Shown one piece after another: positions 1-21,690 of a stretch of DNA of 64,000 bases. The position numbers and the translations under genes were made by a program. The DNA lies in assembly GCA_965203295.1 (NCBI GenBank), contig CBDBCZ010000012.1, forward strand, positions 640,001-704,000, read 5' to 3'. Under the pieces are notes generated by a model. It worked only from the letters and a program-made list of their open reading frames with translations. It was not told the origin of the DNA and made no database searches. Every line of letters begins with the position of its first letter. Positions within the stretch are counted from its first letter, which is position 1. The DNA comes from Nitrospirales bacterium. GTDB lineage: Bacteria > Nitrospirota > Nitrospiria > Nitrospirales > UBA8639.

Positions 1-248
1 GGCCGGAGAAGTGGTACATCGTGGTTCTTGCGGAAGTGCTTCACATATCCGATTCCACTTCCACATCCTGCCCATTCATCGCGACAAAGCTGAAGTGTTG
101 GAAAGACATCTTAGGTTGACAGTATGTGCTTGGTACATGAAATGGATAATACACTCACGGGACAAGTGAAGCTGCTTCCACTGCCATCCAAACGGCGTAT
201 TTTTGTCTCAAGGCCTACATCTTCAGTGACTTTCTCGTGTGAACTCAT
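1..248 (-). CDS. 5' end of a C2H2-type zinc-finger protein gene (partial, runs off the window)
   Basis: ATG at 248; exon 248-159 (MSSHEKVTEDVGLETKIRRLDGSGSSFTCP), 69-nt intron gtgagt...cttcag, exon 89-1 (LCRDEWAGCGSGIGYVKHFRKNHDVPLLR). Splicing reconstitutes a CxxC...HxxxH finger. Confidence 0.6.
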
Positions 249-399
249 TCTCAGACTAGAATATGGTAAACGAATCACAGTATAACTCTTGAACGAAACA
301 CGCTTGGTAAAATCAGCTCAATTTGAACACCTCGTCGTTTGGTTTGAAGCTTATTTGCAACCAAACTTCAGAGATTTAGCTGCCAGATGAGCCAAGCTT

Positions 400-486
<87 letters not shown>

Positions 487-1355
487 ATTGCATACTGTAC
501 AGCCCTTGAAGCTGTGGTTTAATTAACTATTACTTGCAATTACTAGGTAGAAGTACAGTACTGATATAAAGTAACCTGACAGCGTTGTGCTTGTGCAACA
601 CCTGCGCAGCATTTGCGTTACGCATTTGTATTAAGCGCTTGCATTGCATAATTAACTTGTGTTGCGCTTCCGATTACACGCTTGCATACTAATCGGTGTT
701 ATGTAATAATGAATTTATGCTTGCGTTACGCATGTGTTCAGCTTGTGATGTTAGGTTTCTTATTGTCAGTACTGTAAGATACCAATGTAGTACTGCACTC
801 TGATACAGAGCAACAGTGAATACCTCTCCCCCCCCCCCCCCCCCTCCCTTTCCAGGACTGAGAAGAACCTACCAAGTGTCTTGCCCCATTCCCAAGCGGG
901 GCTCCAAACAGGCCATCCACTTCTCTGCATACACCAACCTAAAGCATTGGTTCCATGGTGGAGATAACTCTAAGGACATCTGGTTGGTGGCGGACACCCT
1001 CTCATGTTGTCAAGACTGAACTATGGGTGAGTGGCTAAGCACACCAGTAGATGCATAGTATCACTATAGGCCAATTGTGCAAATATTATTGTGACTGAAT
1101 AGGGGCTTTCCAGAGCCCACACCAGGGTTTCACACAGGATTGTGGTGGAGCAAATGTCCTGCTAGGGGGTCTGGGTGCATGCCTCCCCCCCCCCCCTCCC
1201 CCCAGAAATTTTGTGCAAAACAACGGCCCTTCCCCCCCCCCCCCCGCTGTGTTTACAAAACGACTGAGCTAACACACCTCCCCCCATAAAACCCTGCACC
1301 CTGAATAATAGATATGACTTAGTACTCATTAGAACAAGTCTGACATTTCATGTCT

Positions 1356-1778
1356 AAAAACCAGCCGGACGCCTTTCCCGTACAATACACACAACTCAGC
1401 TTAGGCCAAGCTATTAACCTACAGCTGTAGAGCCGGAGATACTATATTCTTAGAGTGGTACAGCGAAAGTGCTGACTCAGCAGTTTCGTCGTGCGCCTCC
1501 AGTTAGTAGCTATATGCCAAGAAACCAGGATCTTTACGGCTACCTACCCAAGTTTTCGCCATCTAGGCAACACAAAACTACCTTCATTCGCTGTAGCTTG
1601 GCCTGCAAACCTCCAAAAGCTACTATACACTGCAGTAGCATAGTAACGTATGACGTAATATATTGCGCACGTGATAAGTGCGGACGCACAAACAGACAGA
1701 CAAACAAACAAACAAACAGACGCGGAAAACGTAAAGCAATCTTAGTACCAGCCGTTCGCGCGCTCCGGCTGGTAAAAA
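1356..1778 (-). mobile_element. HINE/DINE-1-like non-autonomous Helentron-type element
   Basis: Terminal hairpin TACCAGCCG...CGGCTGGTA (1746-1774), matching subterminal ACCAGCCGG at ~1360, internal (ACAG/ACAA)n microsatellite, A/T-run ends. Confidence 0.55.
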
Positions 1779-2059
1779 GCTGGATGGCATTTTTAGTTTC
1801 TGAGATATACGCGCTCTGAATTTGAATTCCCCAGTACAGGTTATTTAATATCTAGGACACGCTCTGGCCCCACTCTCCATCTAAAAGTACAGGGAATATT
1901 AAAGGTTTAAGCTTGCATATCTGGCATACTAAAATAACTGGTATTAAATTTTACTGAGTTGTAATTGCAGTGTGTTGGGGTATCCCCTGGCTCTACGTAA
2001 TATGTGTGCCTTGTTAGCACCAAACCACAATGCGCTACAACTGGATGACAGTATTACGT

Positions 2060-2362
2060 AATATTAGGTACCAGTTGGCAGTGCATTACGGGATTTAGTT
2101 AGTGCGCGAGGACAATTAAGTAACGGTCGAGGGCGGATAATGCACGAGCCGAAGGCGAGTGCATTGTCCGCCCGAGATCATTACTTAATTGTCCGAGTGC
2201 ACTAACTAGTCCCGTAATGCACTGCCAACTGGTATCTAAAGTACTTAAGTGTGCATTAACAACTTAGTGCACACTTCCATGTACATTAAGCGATTTAATG
2301 CGCAGTCATGTGATCGATTCTGAGACTTCTGATTCGTCGAAGGTCACGTGAGTAGCACTAAT
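2060..2362 (+). mobile_element. Long-hairpin (~170 bp palindrome) repeat, copy 1
   Basis: CCAGTTGGCAGTGCATTACGGGA...GAGCCGAAGGCGA...TCCCGTAATGCACTGCCAACTGG plus a conserved unpaired tail ending GGTCACGTGAGTAGCACTAA. Confidence 0.75.
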
Positions 2363-2598
2363 ACATGGAAGGTTTCTTTAAGAGAAGCGCGGAAATGATA
2401 ACTTCAATAGTAGCGGTCTTACACACAATGTCATGGTGTTTTGCGTGGTTCTAACTTTTATTGTCAGTTCAATAATTTAGTACATATCTGCATTGGAAAA
2501 ATCCCTGTCGACAAAAAATGCTTTACAATGTATTACTGTTGTCTTTTTTATGAATATATACTGTACAATTTTATAGTATTGTTCATTCCTCAACAGAA

Positions 2599-2898
2599 AT
2601 GGATATCGACGTTGACCTCCTCGAGGAGGGGTTTTCAGAGGAGGAGGAGGAGTCCCCCGCACGGGCCCCCACACCTACCCCAGCCGCTGGCCCTGCCCTC
2701 GAACCCCCCCGGCCAGCTCCACATCGCAATTATGCAAGAGCGCTGATGTTGTTAAATTTAGCCGCTAGGAGGGCCATCAGGGGCCGGGAGTGCCCTGCCG
2801 ATGACACCGGAGAAGCCGGGAAGGCCGTCGTGATGGGAGAGGCCGTGGCCGAGGCCAAGCTCAAGGCCGCTGAGGACGTGGATGGGCCTGGGCAATTA
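2599..2898 (+). pseudogene. Degenerate paralog of the 3793 acidic/Pro/Arg-Gly small gene
   Basis: MDIDVDLLEEGFSEEEEESPARAPTP...; Arg-Gly tail (RRDGRGRGRGQ) in a shifted frame with stops; same upstream intron sequence and gtaagtttgc donor as the 3793 copy. Confidence 0.5.
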
Positions 2899-3792
2899 GT
2901 AAGTTTGCTGGCTTGAAGTCGCTTACTTCGCGGAAGCCTAATTCTTGCGGTGCCGTTCATTCTAGTTGACCCAGACATGCTTCTCCTGATTGGCCATATC
3001 CTCCAGGGGTCAACTGGAATGAACGGAACTGCTAGAATTAGGCTTCTGCGAAGTTTGGGGTAGGGTTAGGCGACATATTTATCACGTTTTAATTTTTCGT
3101 GGTGCCATTCTTTTCAGTCGATCTGCATCTCGAATCTGTAGAATTTGCGACAGTTCCAGTTTCTCACTAGTTGTGTAAGTGCCTAAGGCTGTCTCAACCA
3201 CAGCTGCAAATTGCCTTAGCCCTCTGGTACACGTCCTGATGCCTTTATATGGGTGAGAGAATTTGAACGGCTCAAAGCAGTTAGAAATCAGCATTAGCTA
3301 TAAACAACACACTAAAATTAGCAGTGGGCTTCAAAATATTTGCGTGTGCCGTGCCTGCCCAAACTATGCTATATAGCTAAGTACTAGCTGCCGACTCACC
3401 GCGTGTAAAAAGGCAAGCTTCCTGAGGCAGGTACAGCTGCTTCATTACTTAAGCCGGCCGTTCATAGCTCATTTCTGACATTTGTACAATAAAAGCTAGC
3501 AGTGTCTGACGTCGACTCGGAACGCCCCAGCCCCCGGGACGACGAAAGCGAGGCGCCGGCCGCTGCGCTGCCGGAGCGCCGGGATGAGGATGGTAGGATT
3601 GCAGTATTACTACATGGAAGCTTTCTCTAAGCGTTGAAATGGTAACTTTTATAGTAGTGCTCTTGCAGACAATGTAGTTGTGTTTTGTGTGCATGGTTCT
3701 AATTTGCATTAATGTTAGCGTCTCGTTAATGCTTAACAATGTATTACTGGTGTCTAATTTTCATGTACAGTATTGTTCTTTTCTCAACAGAA

Positions 3793-4402
3793 ATGTCAAT
3801 TGACTTGGATATCTTAGAGGGGGGGTTCTCTGAAGACGAGGCCCCCGCCCCGGCCCCTGCAGCCCCTGCCCCTGCCCCGGTCTCTGCGGCCCCTGCCCCT
3901 GCCCCTGCCCCTGCCCCTGCCCCTGCCCCTGCCCCTGCCCCTGCGCCGGTCTCTGCGGCCCCTGGCCCCTGCCCCTGCCCCTGCCCCTGCCCCTGCCCCT
4001 GCCCTGGTCCCTGCGGCCCCTGCCCCTGCGGTCCCTGCGGCCCCTGCCCCTGCCCCTGCCCCTGCCCCTGCCCCTGCCCCTGCCCCTGCCCCTGCCCCTG
4101 CCCCTGCCCCGGTCCCTGCGGCCCCTGCCCCTGCGCCCCCTGCACCCCCTGCCCCGGTCCCGGCCAACCCCTTCTATTTGGAGAGGTTCTTCGCCGGGCT
4201 CGGCCACGGCCACAGCCACGCACGAGACCACGGCCACGGCCGTCGTGGTCGTGCGCGCGGCCGTGGCCGTGGCAGCCCGCGCGATTATCGCCCAAATGTA
4301 AGTTTGCAGTCTTGAAGTCACTATCGTGCAACGTTATTATTACATTATTGTGTTCTTTATGCAGATCGCCAGATACCACGTTATTATGAACTATTATTAT
4401 TA
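3793..4402 (+). CDS. Small low-complexity protein: acidic N-terminus, Ala-Pro linker, His/Arg-Gly basic tail; one +1 frameshift near 3964
   Basis: cag|AA ATG start. MSIDLDILEGGFSEDEAPAPAP...; removing one G near 3964 gives continuous AP repeats then PANPFYLERFFAGLGHGHSHARDHGHGRRGRARGRGRGSPRDYRPN, intron 4298-4363, last exon IARYHVIMNYYY*. Confidence 0.55.
3841..4160. repeat. (GCCCCT)n coding-type hexamer repeat
   Basis: Direct reading of the sequence. Confidence 0.95.
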
Positions 4403-5571
4403 ATATAATATATTACACGTGTATATTATTTTATTATATTATATGCAGCATTTTATTATATTATATTACCAGTATTTATGCAGCATTTTATTATATGATC
4501 AGTATTTATGCAGTATATCTATTATGTTTATACAGTATTTTATTGTTATATTATCAATTATTAACAATTATTAACAATCATTTTATTAAAATTATGGCAA
4601 AAGTATAAAAACTACAGAAACAAGAAAATAAAAATTTAAAAGGTGTAGGGATGGAGTGCCAAAAAAGCAAGAAAACAAGGGTTGGGATAGCATGAACGCA
4701 ACACAGCCCCATTCCTACATCTTTTTCATAATTGTCAACTGCAACACAATCATGGATGTCATACCCATAACCAGTGACAACTTGCACCGGCCAACCCTCT
4801 TCGCAAGGTTTGCTGATATGTCACAGCTACATGCATGTACCAGTTGAACCAGTAAATTGTATCATTATTATTGTATATATCTGAGGTATGCCTGTGTTGT
4901 ATATGTTATATTAATAAGTGGGGTACTAATGAGGATGTACACACTGTGTGCATGTTTGCATGTATATACATTGTACAGTGTACATGTATTATACACGTAA
5001 ACTTACACACTGTATTCATGCAGGCTTATTAGTACTCACTTGAAATGTAATTTCAGCCCATGATTGTGCTTAGATTCTATTATGCAGGCGCTACTGTTGG
5101 ATGGGGCTCGTACATATGTCTGGGTACTAAAGAGGCTGGAATTAAAATGCATAGCCTAAATTTCAATACACATCAATAGCCACCCCCTTCTCAGTGCTGC
5201 CTACAGGAAGGACAGCTATGCCATTAAGCATTAATCAGGCCACCATTGCAGTTGACATGTGAAAAAGATGTAGGGATGGGGCTGTGTATGTTGCGTTCAT
5301 GCTATGAAATTTTTTATTTATTTTTGCTAAGTCAGTTGTGAGGAAAATTTTTTCATACTGGCTATTGTTCATACTTGACTTGTAGTATGCTCCTGCCAGT
5401 GAAGTGCTTCCATATTCTCTTGGCTTCACCACTTTGTGTGGGATGGTGCACCGTATATGTGACCTCAGGGAATATTGACCATCTGAGGTAGTTTGTCGAA
5501 GTTTATTGTTAATATCCAATGAGTATCTATCGGCTGTGAATATGTATGGCTGGTGTGGCATGTGCATGTTG

Positions 5572-5615
<44 letters not shown>

Positions 5616-6633
5616 TGTCATTCCTATATAGGTTCCTTTTTTCAATCCTTATGAATATTTTCTTGTGCCAGGCGTAGTCAAGCACCCCGTTTAAAGCCAG
5701 AACCTTTAACATTTTAGCGACAAATAGTTCAGCCTCGAGCAAGCTACTGATGCCTGATCGTCAGGCCTTGCAGGGGAGTGGTCCAATATTGGTAAACATC
5801 CTGGAAATTGTGAAAATACTTGCCAACAGATTCATTGAGGGGGTCACATTAAATGAACATAGTTTGAGCACAATAGGGGCACATTTGTTGGAAGAGTTTT
5901 GGAGCAGCGTAGCTAGCATAGTAAGTAGATTTTTGAGCATAATTGGCTCACCCCTAAACATGACATGGGTATTTTCGTGACTCAGCCTGTCACAAGAATA
6001 GCGATGAAATAATTATGGCGTGGCGAGACTGGGGTATTTTTGCGAGCCAGGCTATTGCTTGATTAGCGATGAATCATTGGCAATGTTTAACTACGAAAAG
6101 TGTCTGGTTTTCTGGAGATTGGTATAATACCTATGTAGAGCATAGCTTCAAGAGTCAGCTATGGCTGCTACATGACATTGTACAGGAGTGGAGAGACGAG
6201 TTGTGCTTGAAAGTCACATTTGCATTGCTCAATTGTGCTGTCTGCTTCTAGCCCTGATATCTCTATGTAAATTCTACTAGTCTGGGAGCAGAAACCAAGC
6301 TTAGTCCAGACCTTGGCCCCTTGTTGCACCGCAGGTTCGAAGACGGCATGCATGTAGTTGCCATAGGCACCATTTTGAACTCATGACTCCCCTAACACAC
6401 AACTCCTTTTGAAAGCTCTCCATTTCTTTTCGTACGTGCGTGTGAGAACTTGTGTAAAAAAAAATCGTACCATTTAAAATTTCGTCATGTTCAATTTTGT
6501 TGGTGTACAGGAGCGACGAAAATTAATTACGGGAAAATTTAACAGTTGAAAGTTTCTCCCACCAAAAATTTCCTGATCTACTGTATAACAATGCCCCTTT
6601 ACAGTTCCTCAATCATGCACACACACACACACG

Positions 6634-6716
<83 letters not shown>

Positions 6717-7299
6717 CAACTTCTACAGAATGCCACTCTGCACATACCTATTGTAATTCGGAACAGTTCTCACATTTCCACTCACAGGATCAGACAACCA
6801 AGAGGTACCTTTCGTCCCAAATTTGGATCATTCTACATTTCAGAATTAGCTAGAGCCTGTTAGCAAGGTGTATAGAAAATTTGGACGAATAATTGGAAAT
6901 TATAACCAATTGGCATGAGCTCGAGTATGGTAAACAGGATCCAGAACCTGGTGAGCAGGATGGAATGGAGGGATAAATGGCATCACGAGATTATGCCCTG
7001 CGAATAATTGTAATTATAGCCAAACCCTGGCCCTAATCCAACCCTAGCTATATCCCCAACTTTACCCACCTAGGGATTGATATCTCAGTAGGTATAAAAG
7101 TTGGAGATAGCAAGCTATAGACTAACCCAACCCTATAATTTGCGTGGCGCAGGTCCGCGGGACTACCAAGTTCACTAACGCTATACCCATTGCTCAGGCT
7201 GACCAACTTAATTACTGCATTGGTACAACTTACTATAGGGGACCAGAGACTCCTTATAGTCTCACTGGCCGGATTAACTCCTGGCAGCGCTGCTATTGC

Positions 7300-15417
<8,118 letters not shown>

Positions 15418-16082
15418 CTCAACTGAGCTCTATTCATGTGGACCCTCTATTGAATACACAGGAGTTCATGACAATGAGAGTTTATAGCCTTCTGTCAGTG
15501 AATTCATTAGACTAAGAGATAGCTCCTGATCATGCGCAATACAAGTACAAGTACTACTATTGGAATAGACTCCTCTTACTTATTCCTAAACACCCAGTTT
15601 TCCAGTCTTTTTGCTTACTGCAAGTGGAGTAAATAGGAAGACTGTGTAGCTAGTCACCTATTGCATGATGTACGTACTAGGACTTCTGTCGTTACCTTAA
15701 CCAGAGGCTCTAGTGTCTCAGATATTTTTACTTTACAAGTACACCACTAAAAATAATGTGCCTATTGTGGACACCTTGGGGACCTGGTGAAGTGTCCTGT
15801 ATAGAGAGAGGTGTCCTTGAGTCGGGGGTAAATTCCTAGCATATTTGGGACACAGCAAAGTGTCCTTATTACAGAGGTGTCCGTATTTCAGGGAGTGTCC
15901 ATTAAGAGGGTTCCACTGTACATCCAATAAAGCATAGATCTTAGTGATGCCACCATCAAATGGAGTAGAAGTTTTGGAATAACAAGGTTTCCCACTATTT
16001 ACAGAGCTAAGCTCGGTGTGTACTCAGTGGCTCAGCGGCTGATCTTCACAGCAAAAGTATGCTTATGAGCCCACTCGCTGAT

Positions 16083-16529
16083 TAGTCTCGCAGGCCAGAC
16101 GACTCTTATGGGGGGAAGTACGTCTGGTCATGTTTGCCATGTTATTACAAACGTCGCCGGAATGTGGGCGCCACCAATCAGAATGCAGAGTGCTCAATTA
16201 TTACAAAGCTCTTCCGTATTAGTCACATGACCGTCTGTCCTTTTCAAATACAAAAGTTGCAAATCAGGCAGGTAGGCTTCGGCGGCAAACCACGAACAAG
16301 TAATCAGACAGTTGCTGTTGCTGGTGTCAGTACATCGGAAAACTTAAGCAAAATAGGAAGCACATGTAAAATCGTTGTGAAGCGTCTTCCTGCCTGGTGT
16401 CATAATATCACATTCTACTACATAACGAAAACATGTGACTAAGGTGATCAGACCATGGATAATAAAATATTATCCATGACCAGACGTATGTACCTCCCCC
16501 CCACAAAAATCGTCTGGCTCGTGAGACTA
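16083..16529. mobile_element. MITE (TAGTCTCG...CGAGACTA family)
   Basis: TAGTCTCGCAGGCCAGACG / CGTCTGGCTCGTGAGACTA; relatives at 50534-50787 and a mini-palindrome at 18488-18523. Confidence 0.7.
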
Positions 16530-16569
16530 CCTGCAGACTTTAAGTCATTAAACAAATTTTTATGATTAG

Positions 16570-16720
16570 AAACTTACCTGTATGTAGCTCTACTCACTTT
16601 CTTCAGGCCTAGGTCTTTGTTTGGGCCAGGGACGTACCTCCAGCTGTTATGACGTCAAAATAGTATGTGCCACGCCTAGGCGCCTACAGCCGGAAGCCAA
16701 TTATTTCCATAAAGTGTGGG
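16570..16720 (-). promoter_or_regulatory. Candidate promoter and non-coding first exon of the TIR-ankyrin gene
   Basis: Minus-strand donor-like motifs (gtaagt ~16575, gtgagt ~16593), TGACGTCA at ~16650 and CCGGAAG at ~16690; an acceptor (ttcaatag) lies shortly upstream of the TIR ATG. Confidence 0.35.
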
Positions 16721-16824
16721 AGGGGCCACATACAGACGTGTAGAGAGAGACTTATTGAGCTACGGCAGAGAGCGAGAGGCGGTTTCCTTCGTGACACAGT
16801 TCAAGCGCGACCTGGAGAGAAGAC

Positions 16825-16857
<33 letters not shown>

Positions 16858-19800
16858 AAGCGTAGAGAATTCTTCTGCTGCAGTCAACATAGTTACATTT
16901 CCTCCCTCTCACTGTAACTAAATTGGACCGGTGTCGGAGTCATGAATGACTCACTGGCAGGAATGACTTTCTGGTGACTGCCCCCCCCCCCCCCCTTCCC
17001 CACATTGGAAAAGTCAGCTAAATCACATGACCAGCAAGCAATCAATCTTACAGGGCTTATAGTGCACACCAAAAAAAACAGCTGGCCTATATTATCCATT
17101 AGTCCTACAGTGGCCTAGTGTCCAAATTAGTCTTGTTACACAGGGTGAGTCAGTATAACCATCTTGAGAGCCATCAATAGTGCCGTCCGAATAGGTACTG
17201 CTGTGGCCGGCTGTATAGAAATGAAAATGTTTTAAAATTTCATAATTACATTTAGCCTGCGTGCAAAACTTTTCATTTACCAATTATGGCACTTCCGAGG
17301 ATCAGGAAAGCCTCGCCAGCTAGCTCGAATGTTAGCACAGCAATCAAGAATATTTAATCCTACACCAGCACAGTCAGGCCACTCAAAGCATGTTGACATT
17401 GTAGGCACGGGCGGCCCATTGGTGCCCTTATTTTTATAGCTGCAGGGGAAAAAAGCTATGGTTAACTCACTATGCCATATGTGGCCGTTTTGTGTAGAAA
17501 TTAATTATTATTCTGTCATGTATTTTAACTGTTTCACTGCATTTAAAGTATACCTTATCAATTCTGATAAGGGTGGGACTCAAAATGCATGCAATGCATC
17601 TAGTTGCATCGATCCAAATACTACAGTAAAGATAGTTGCTTCATTTACACAGTGTGTTTGAGTACGAATGCTCAAAGTTTAATACGGGGCTTTTAAATTT
17701 AACGTAGTGATCATATACCACATATGCACACAGCTGCTTTCTGAATTAATGCAAACCTCCGAGCTGGAGTAGGCCTACTGTCAGCTTGGTGTGCGCTGTA
17801 GGAATGAATAATGTTCAGTTTCACCACGGTTTAAATTATCTATGATTTCACAATGTCACAAAAAATTGCATTGAGCTAGCAATTGTGTGCTTTCATTCAT
17901 GCACCTGCATTCACGGCACCGCCTTTGTCCGGTCGATCACGACGGTCTATCCAACTATTATAAAGGCTACCCGGACCGTAGCAGCAATCGCCAAAAATTT
18001 CCAGCTCTGGTTGGCCTTGACAGCGAGGTTTTATAAAGCACAATACAACCTGCACGGGCTGCCCGACAGCGGTCTGCCGCTCATAGCTGCATGCAGGGGT
18101 GGAAATGCAATGGTTAACTCGCTACATGTATGCTATATATAGGTAGTATATGCGATACAGCACATTAGTGCGAACTTAACCTCGGAGCCGGAGCACTTTC
18201 AGCAGTCGCTAGGAATCCCAGTAGTACCAGAATATAGAGTAGTTTCATCTTTGCACGCTGGACGTTCCTGCTCGCGATGTCCTGCAGCTCAGTGGCTGTA
18301 ATCCCACCTGCGAATGCTAATTTGCGACGTTCGTAGCCAATTTATGTAGTAAAGCCATTGGACTTCCAACCAAAACACGCTGTATGACGCAATAAACCAG
18401 TTTAGGACAAATACAACTGGTAGGCTCCACATCGCCATCAGCGCCGCTGCTAAACTCCATCCCTTCAGTGTTCGACATGTACAACAGTAGTCTCGCGGGC
18501 CAGTGGGCTGGCCCGCGAGACTAGTACAACGGCGGGTGAGTGTGTCTTGTAAAGATCTATACGCACAGTGCAAAAAAAAATTCACACGCATAGGCTGCCG
18601 CTGAGTCTCCCGATAGTCAGGCTTTAGCGGCTCCGAGACAGGAGAGAGCAAGAGGCCGGCTAGAATGCATGGATGCGGGATCCTGGCATGTTATGCACAT
18701 TTACTGATTGCAGACGCGCGCGCGCACACACACACACACACACAGTAAGTCCATGCATACTAGCACTGCAGCAAGAATCAATCGAGGGCCTCCTTGAAGA
18801 ATCTGGATGTAGAGGACACAAAGCAACCAAGAAATACTGCTGCTTGCTCTCAGAAGGTTTTTGGAGAGTGTGTATGATTTAGCTATGGTACATGCAAGCA
18901 TACGTTTTTATCCCACCTTACATAGTCTCTAATATTTCATTGGACGAGAGCATGCGGTAGGATACACTTCTGTACTTCCGTAGTTACACAACTACCAGCT
19001 ACATGATAGTTACGCACATGTGCAGTAGTGGAATAAGTCAGATTGACTACGCCCTCTCAGAGGATATATGGCAAAAGTATCCTCCTTGGATACAGAAAAA
19101 AAACACATCCACAGAAGATATACGGGTGCATCCTCCTCTGTGATGTGGTCTATCCCTTTTATGCACAGCATGGTGGATGTGCTGTGCACTTTTCACTCGT
19201 CTACATGAGTTCCTCAGGGGAAACAATGATTAGTGCTGTTTTCTAACTATCATAGTGGACCTAGTTAGAATCATACTGGTATGGCTTGCCAAGAATATCA
19301 GGTGCCCGAGGCCAGGAGCTGTGACTATTATGATTAGCGAGTATGACTTATGTTGGTATTCCACTGCTTGAAAGCCACACCCACTAACACCTTCAATCCC
19401 CAATACACATCTGTTTGTCTCCTAACTATTGGGCTGGGGTTGTAAACATAAATGAAAGGGGTCTCCTTGTGAGCCTAGTGCTCTAAAGGGCATAAAACTG
19501 TTTTCCTTGAATAATAAGGACAAATAGATAAAACTACTCGTCAACATGAGTTTCTCAGGGGAAACAATGATTAGTGCTATATTCTGACTATTTAATTAGA
19601 ATCATTTTGCCATAATTATTTACATTTTCGCATCTCAAGACCAGAGTTGTGACTACGATTAATTATTTCAGTGAGCAAGACTTACATAGGTCAGTATTTC
19701 AATGCTGAGTAGTGCTATTTCCTTCATAGTTAGAATCATACTGGTATGGTGTGACTTGGTGATCCCCAAAAGTAGCTAAGAAGGTATACCAAAACCAATA

Positions 19801-21159
19801 TTCCAATAGGCATGTAAGAAGTGTCATGCATCTAGTGAGAATTTTAACAAATGGCATAATGTCAGCATATCCTTGCCTCAGGTACTGCTTTACTATACAA
19901 ATGGGATCCAGATTCATTCCAAAGGTGTTGAGGGTTTGATCGGGTGTCTCTGCAACACCTTGGGGGTGATTAACCAACACCTTTTGTCCGATTTATACCC
20001 AATCTCATTTTGTCTAATCCCATTTTGTCTAACAAAATGTGCACATGTCCCATTTCGTCTAAAAAAAACAAACAAGAGTGAGGAAATGTGACTGTCTCAG
20101 TTCCGGGGAGTACCTAGCTTTGACTTCTGCATGTCTGTCCCAGTAGGTACCTAGGGTAGCTACCAAAGGTTAGGGTTAACTTACACTCAGATCCATTAGC
20201 TTTGTGCTTATAAACTTGAGTATATAAAGGGTGTGTATGACAGGCCAGGAGGCGGGTGAACTGTAACCTAGACGGTCATTCTAACGCTTTGTAAGATGGA
20301 CTGTAACTGAAACAGTAGTTTTAGACGAAGTGGGACATATCTACATTTTGTTAGACGAAATGGGATTAGACGAAGTGGGATTAGGGATGACACCTTTTGT
20401 CCTTAGGGTGTTTTATTACACCGCCTAAAGGGTGTTCTGCAACACCCCATTTTAACAGTGTAAAATCTGTGAGCGAACCTCTTTGCACTGACAGAAGCTA
20501 CAGTTTTGCTGCTCATTTCCAGTCCATGCAGAGGCATGGGACTCAGACCATACCATGCAGACAACTGGTGCCATATGATTAGACATGTCACAAGCTCCAC
20601 AAACACTACACTACCACAGAGAAGCCATGTACATCAGTAAGTGTCTAATGTTTCAGGTGACATCTGCCTGTAGGCTATAATTTACTGAGATTGTGACATG
20701 CTCATTTGCATGGAGTTCTTTTATTGACTAGGGAGCTCATAAGCTCCTGATTGAGTGTAGCCAATGCAATTTACATGATAAAGGCTTTTTTTATTGGATG
20801 AAGTACCTATGTAAGGGATCATTTGGTATACTGGCCACAATAATTAATGGAGAAGCCTCTGTGTATAATAATGGCTTTGGCTTTGTAGGTACAATTGAAC
20901 ATACTGTACACAGCATGTGAACATAACATGGCTTCCTAATCTCTTATTGTGTGCAGCTAGACTCTTCCCTACTAAAACGGGAGACGGTCTGGTAATGCTG
21001 CCTATATAGCTAGTTGAACGAAAGACCGACATGGTAGCTAAAGACCTGTGTTACGGTTGTACCCAATGCAAACAGGAGTTCTCATGAATAATATTGATAA
21101 TCTCAGTAATTATCTGAGTGAAGTAGATGTGACTCTCTACTATATTGGACAGAAAGTGG

Positions 21160-21336
21160 TATACAGTGGAACCCCTCTTAAAGACACCCCTGAAATACGA
21201 ATACCTCTGTATTACACTTTGCTATGTCCCAAATATGCTTTCGTAATATAGATTTACCCCTGAAATGAGGACAGCTTTCTACACTAAACACTTCACCAGG
21301 TCCCCAAGGTGCCCACATTAGAGGGATTCCACTGTA
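21160..21336. mobile_element. Short pogo-like MITE (CAGTGGAACCCCTCT family)
   Basis: TACAGTGGAACCCCTCT...GGATTCCACTGTA; related copies at ~15765-15920, 29204-29372, 53033-53219. Confidence 0.75.
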
Positions 21337-21611
21337 TACCTATACAAGCTACATGGTTTGGGATAGGCAGTCTTAGCGAGCCTATATACAGCTTTAGTAT
21401 TGTGTGCATACATGAGGTCCCACCAGGCTGGATCCCACTATAGGAAGCAGACAACCATGCAAGGAAGGCTCTGAGGGAGGCTCTAAGTGCCTGGTGTTCT
21501 CCTTATATTTGCTTTAATTAGCATCTGTCCACAGACGATCGTTTTTGCCGATCATTGGGGCCTATATGTCACTGAATGTACACACACACATGCACACACG
21601 CACACATACTC

Positions 21612-21690
<79 letters not shown>

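Noticed and set aside
3739..4389. 216-aa ORF with PCPCPC (minicollagen/metallothionein-like) repeats, and the antisense GQ/GA/GR-repeat ORFs
   Set aside because: All are frame products of the (GCCCCT)n repeat; a single extra base near 3964 switches Ala-Pro to Pro-Cys, and the antisense ORFs have no independent support.
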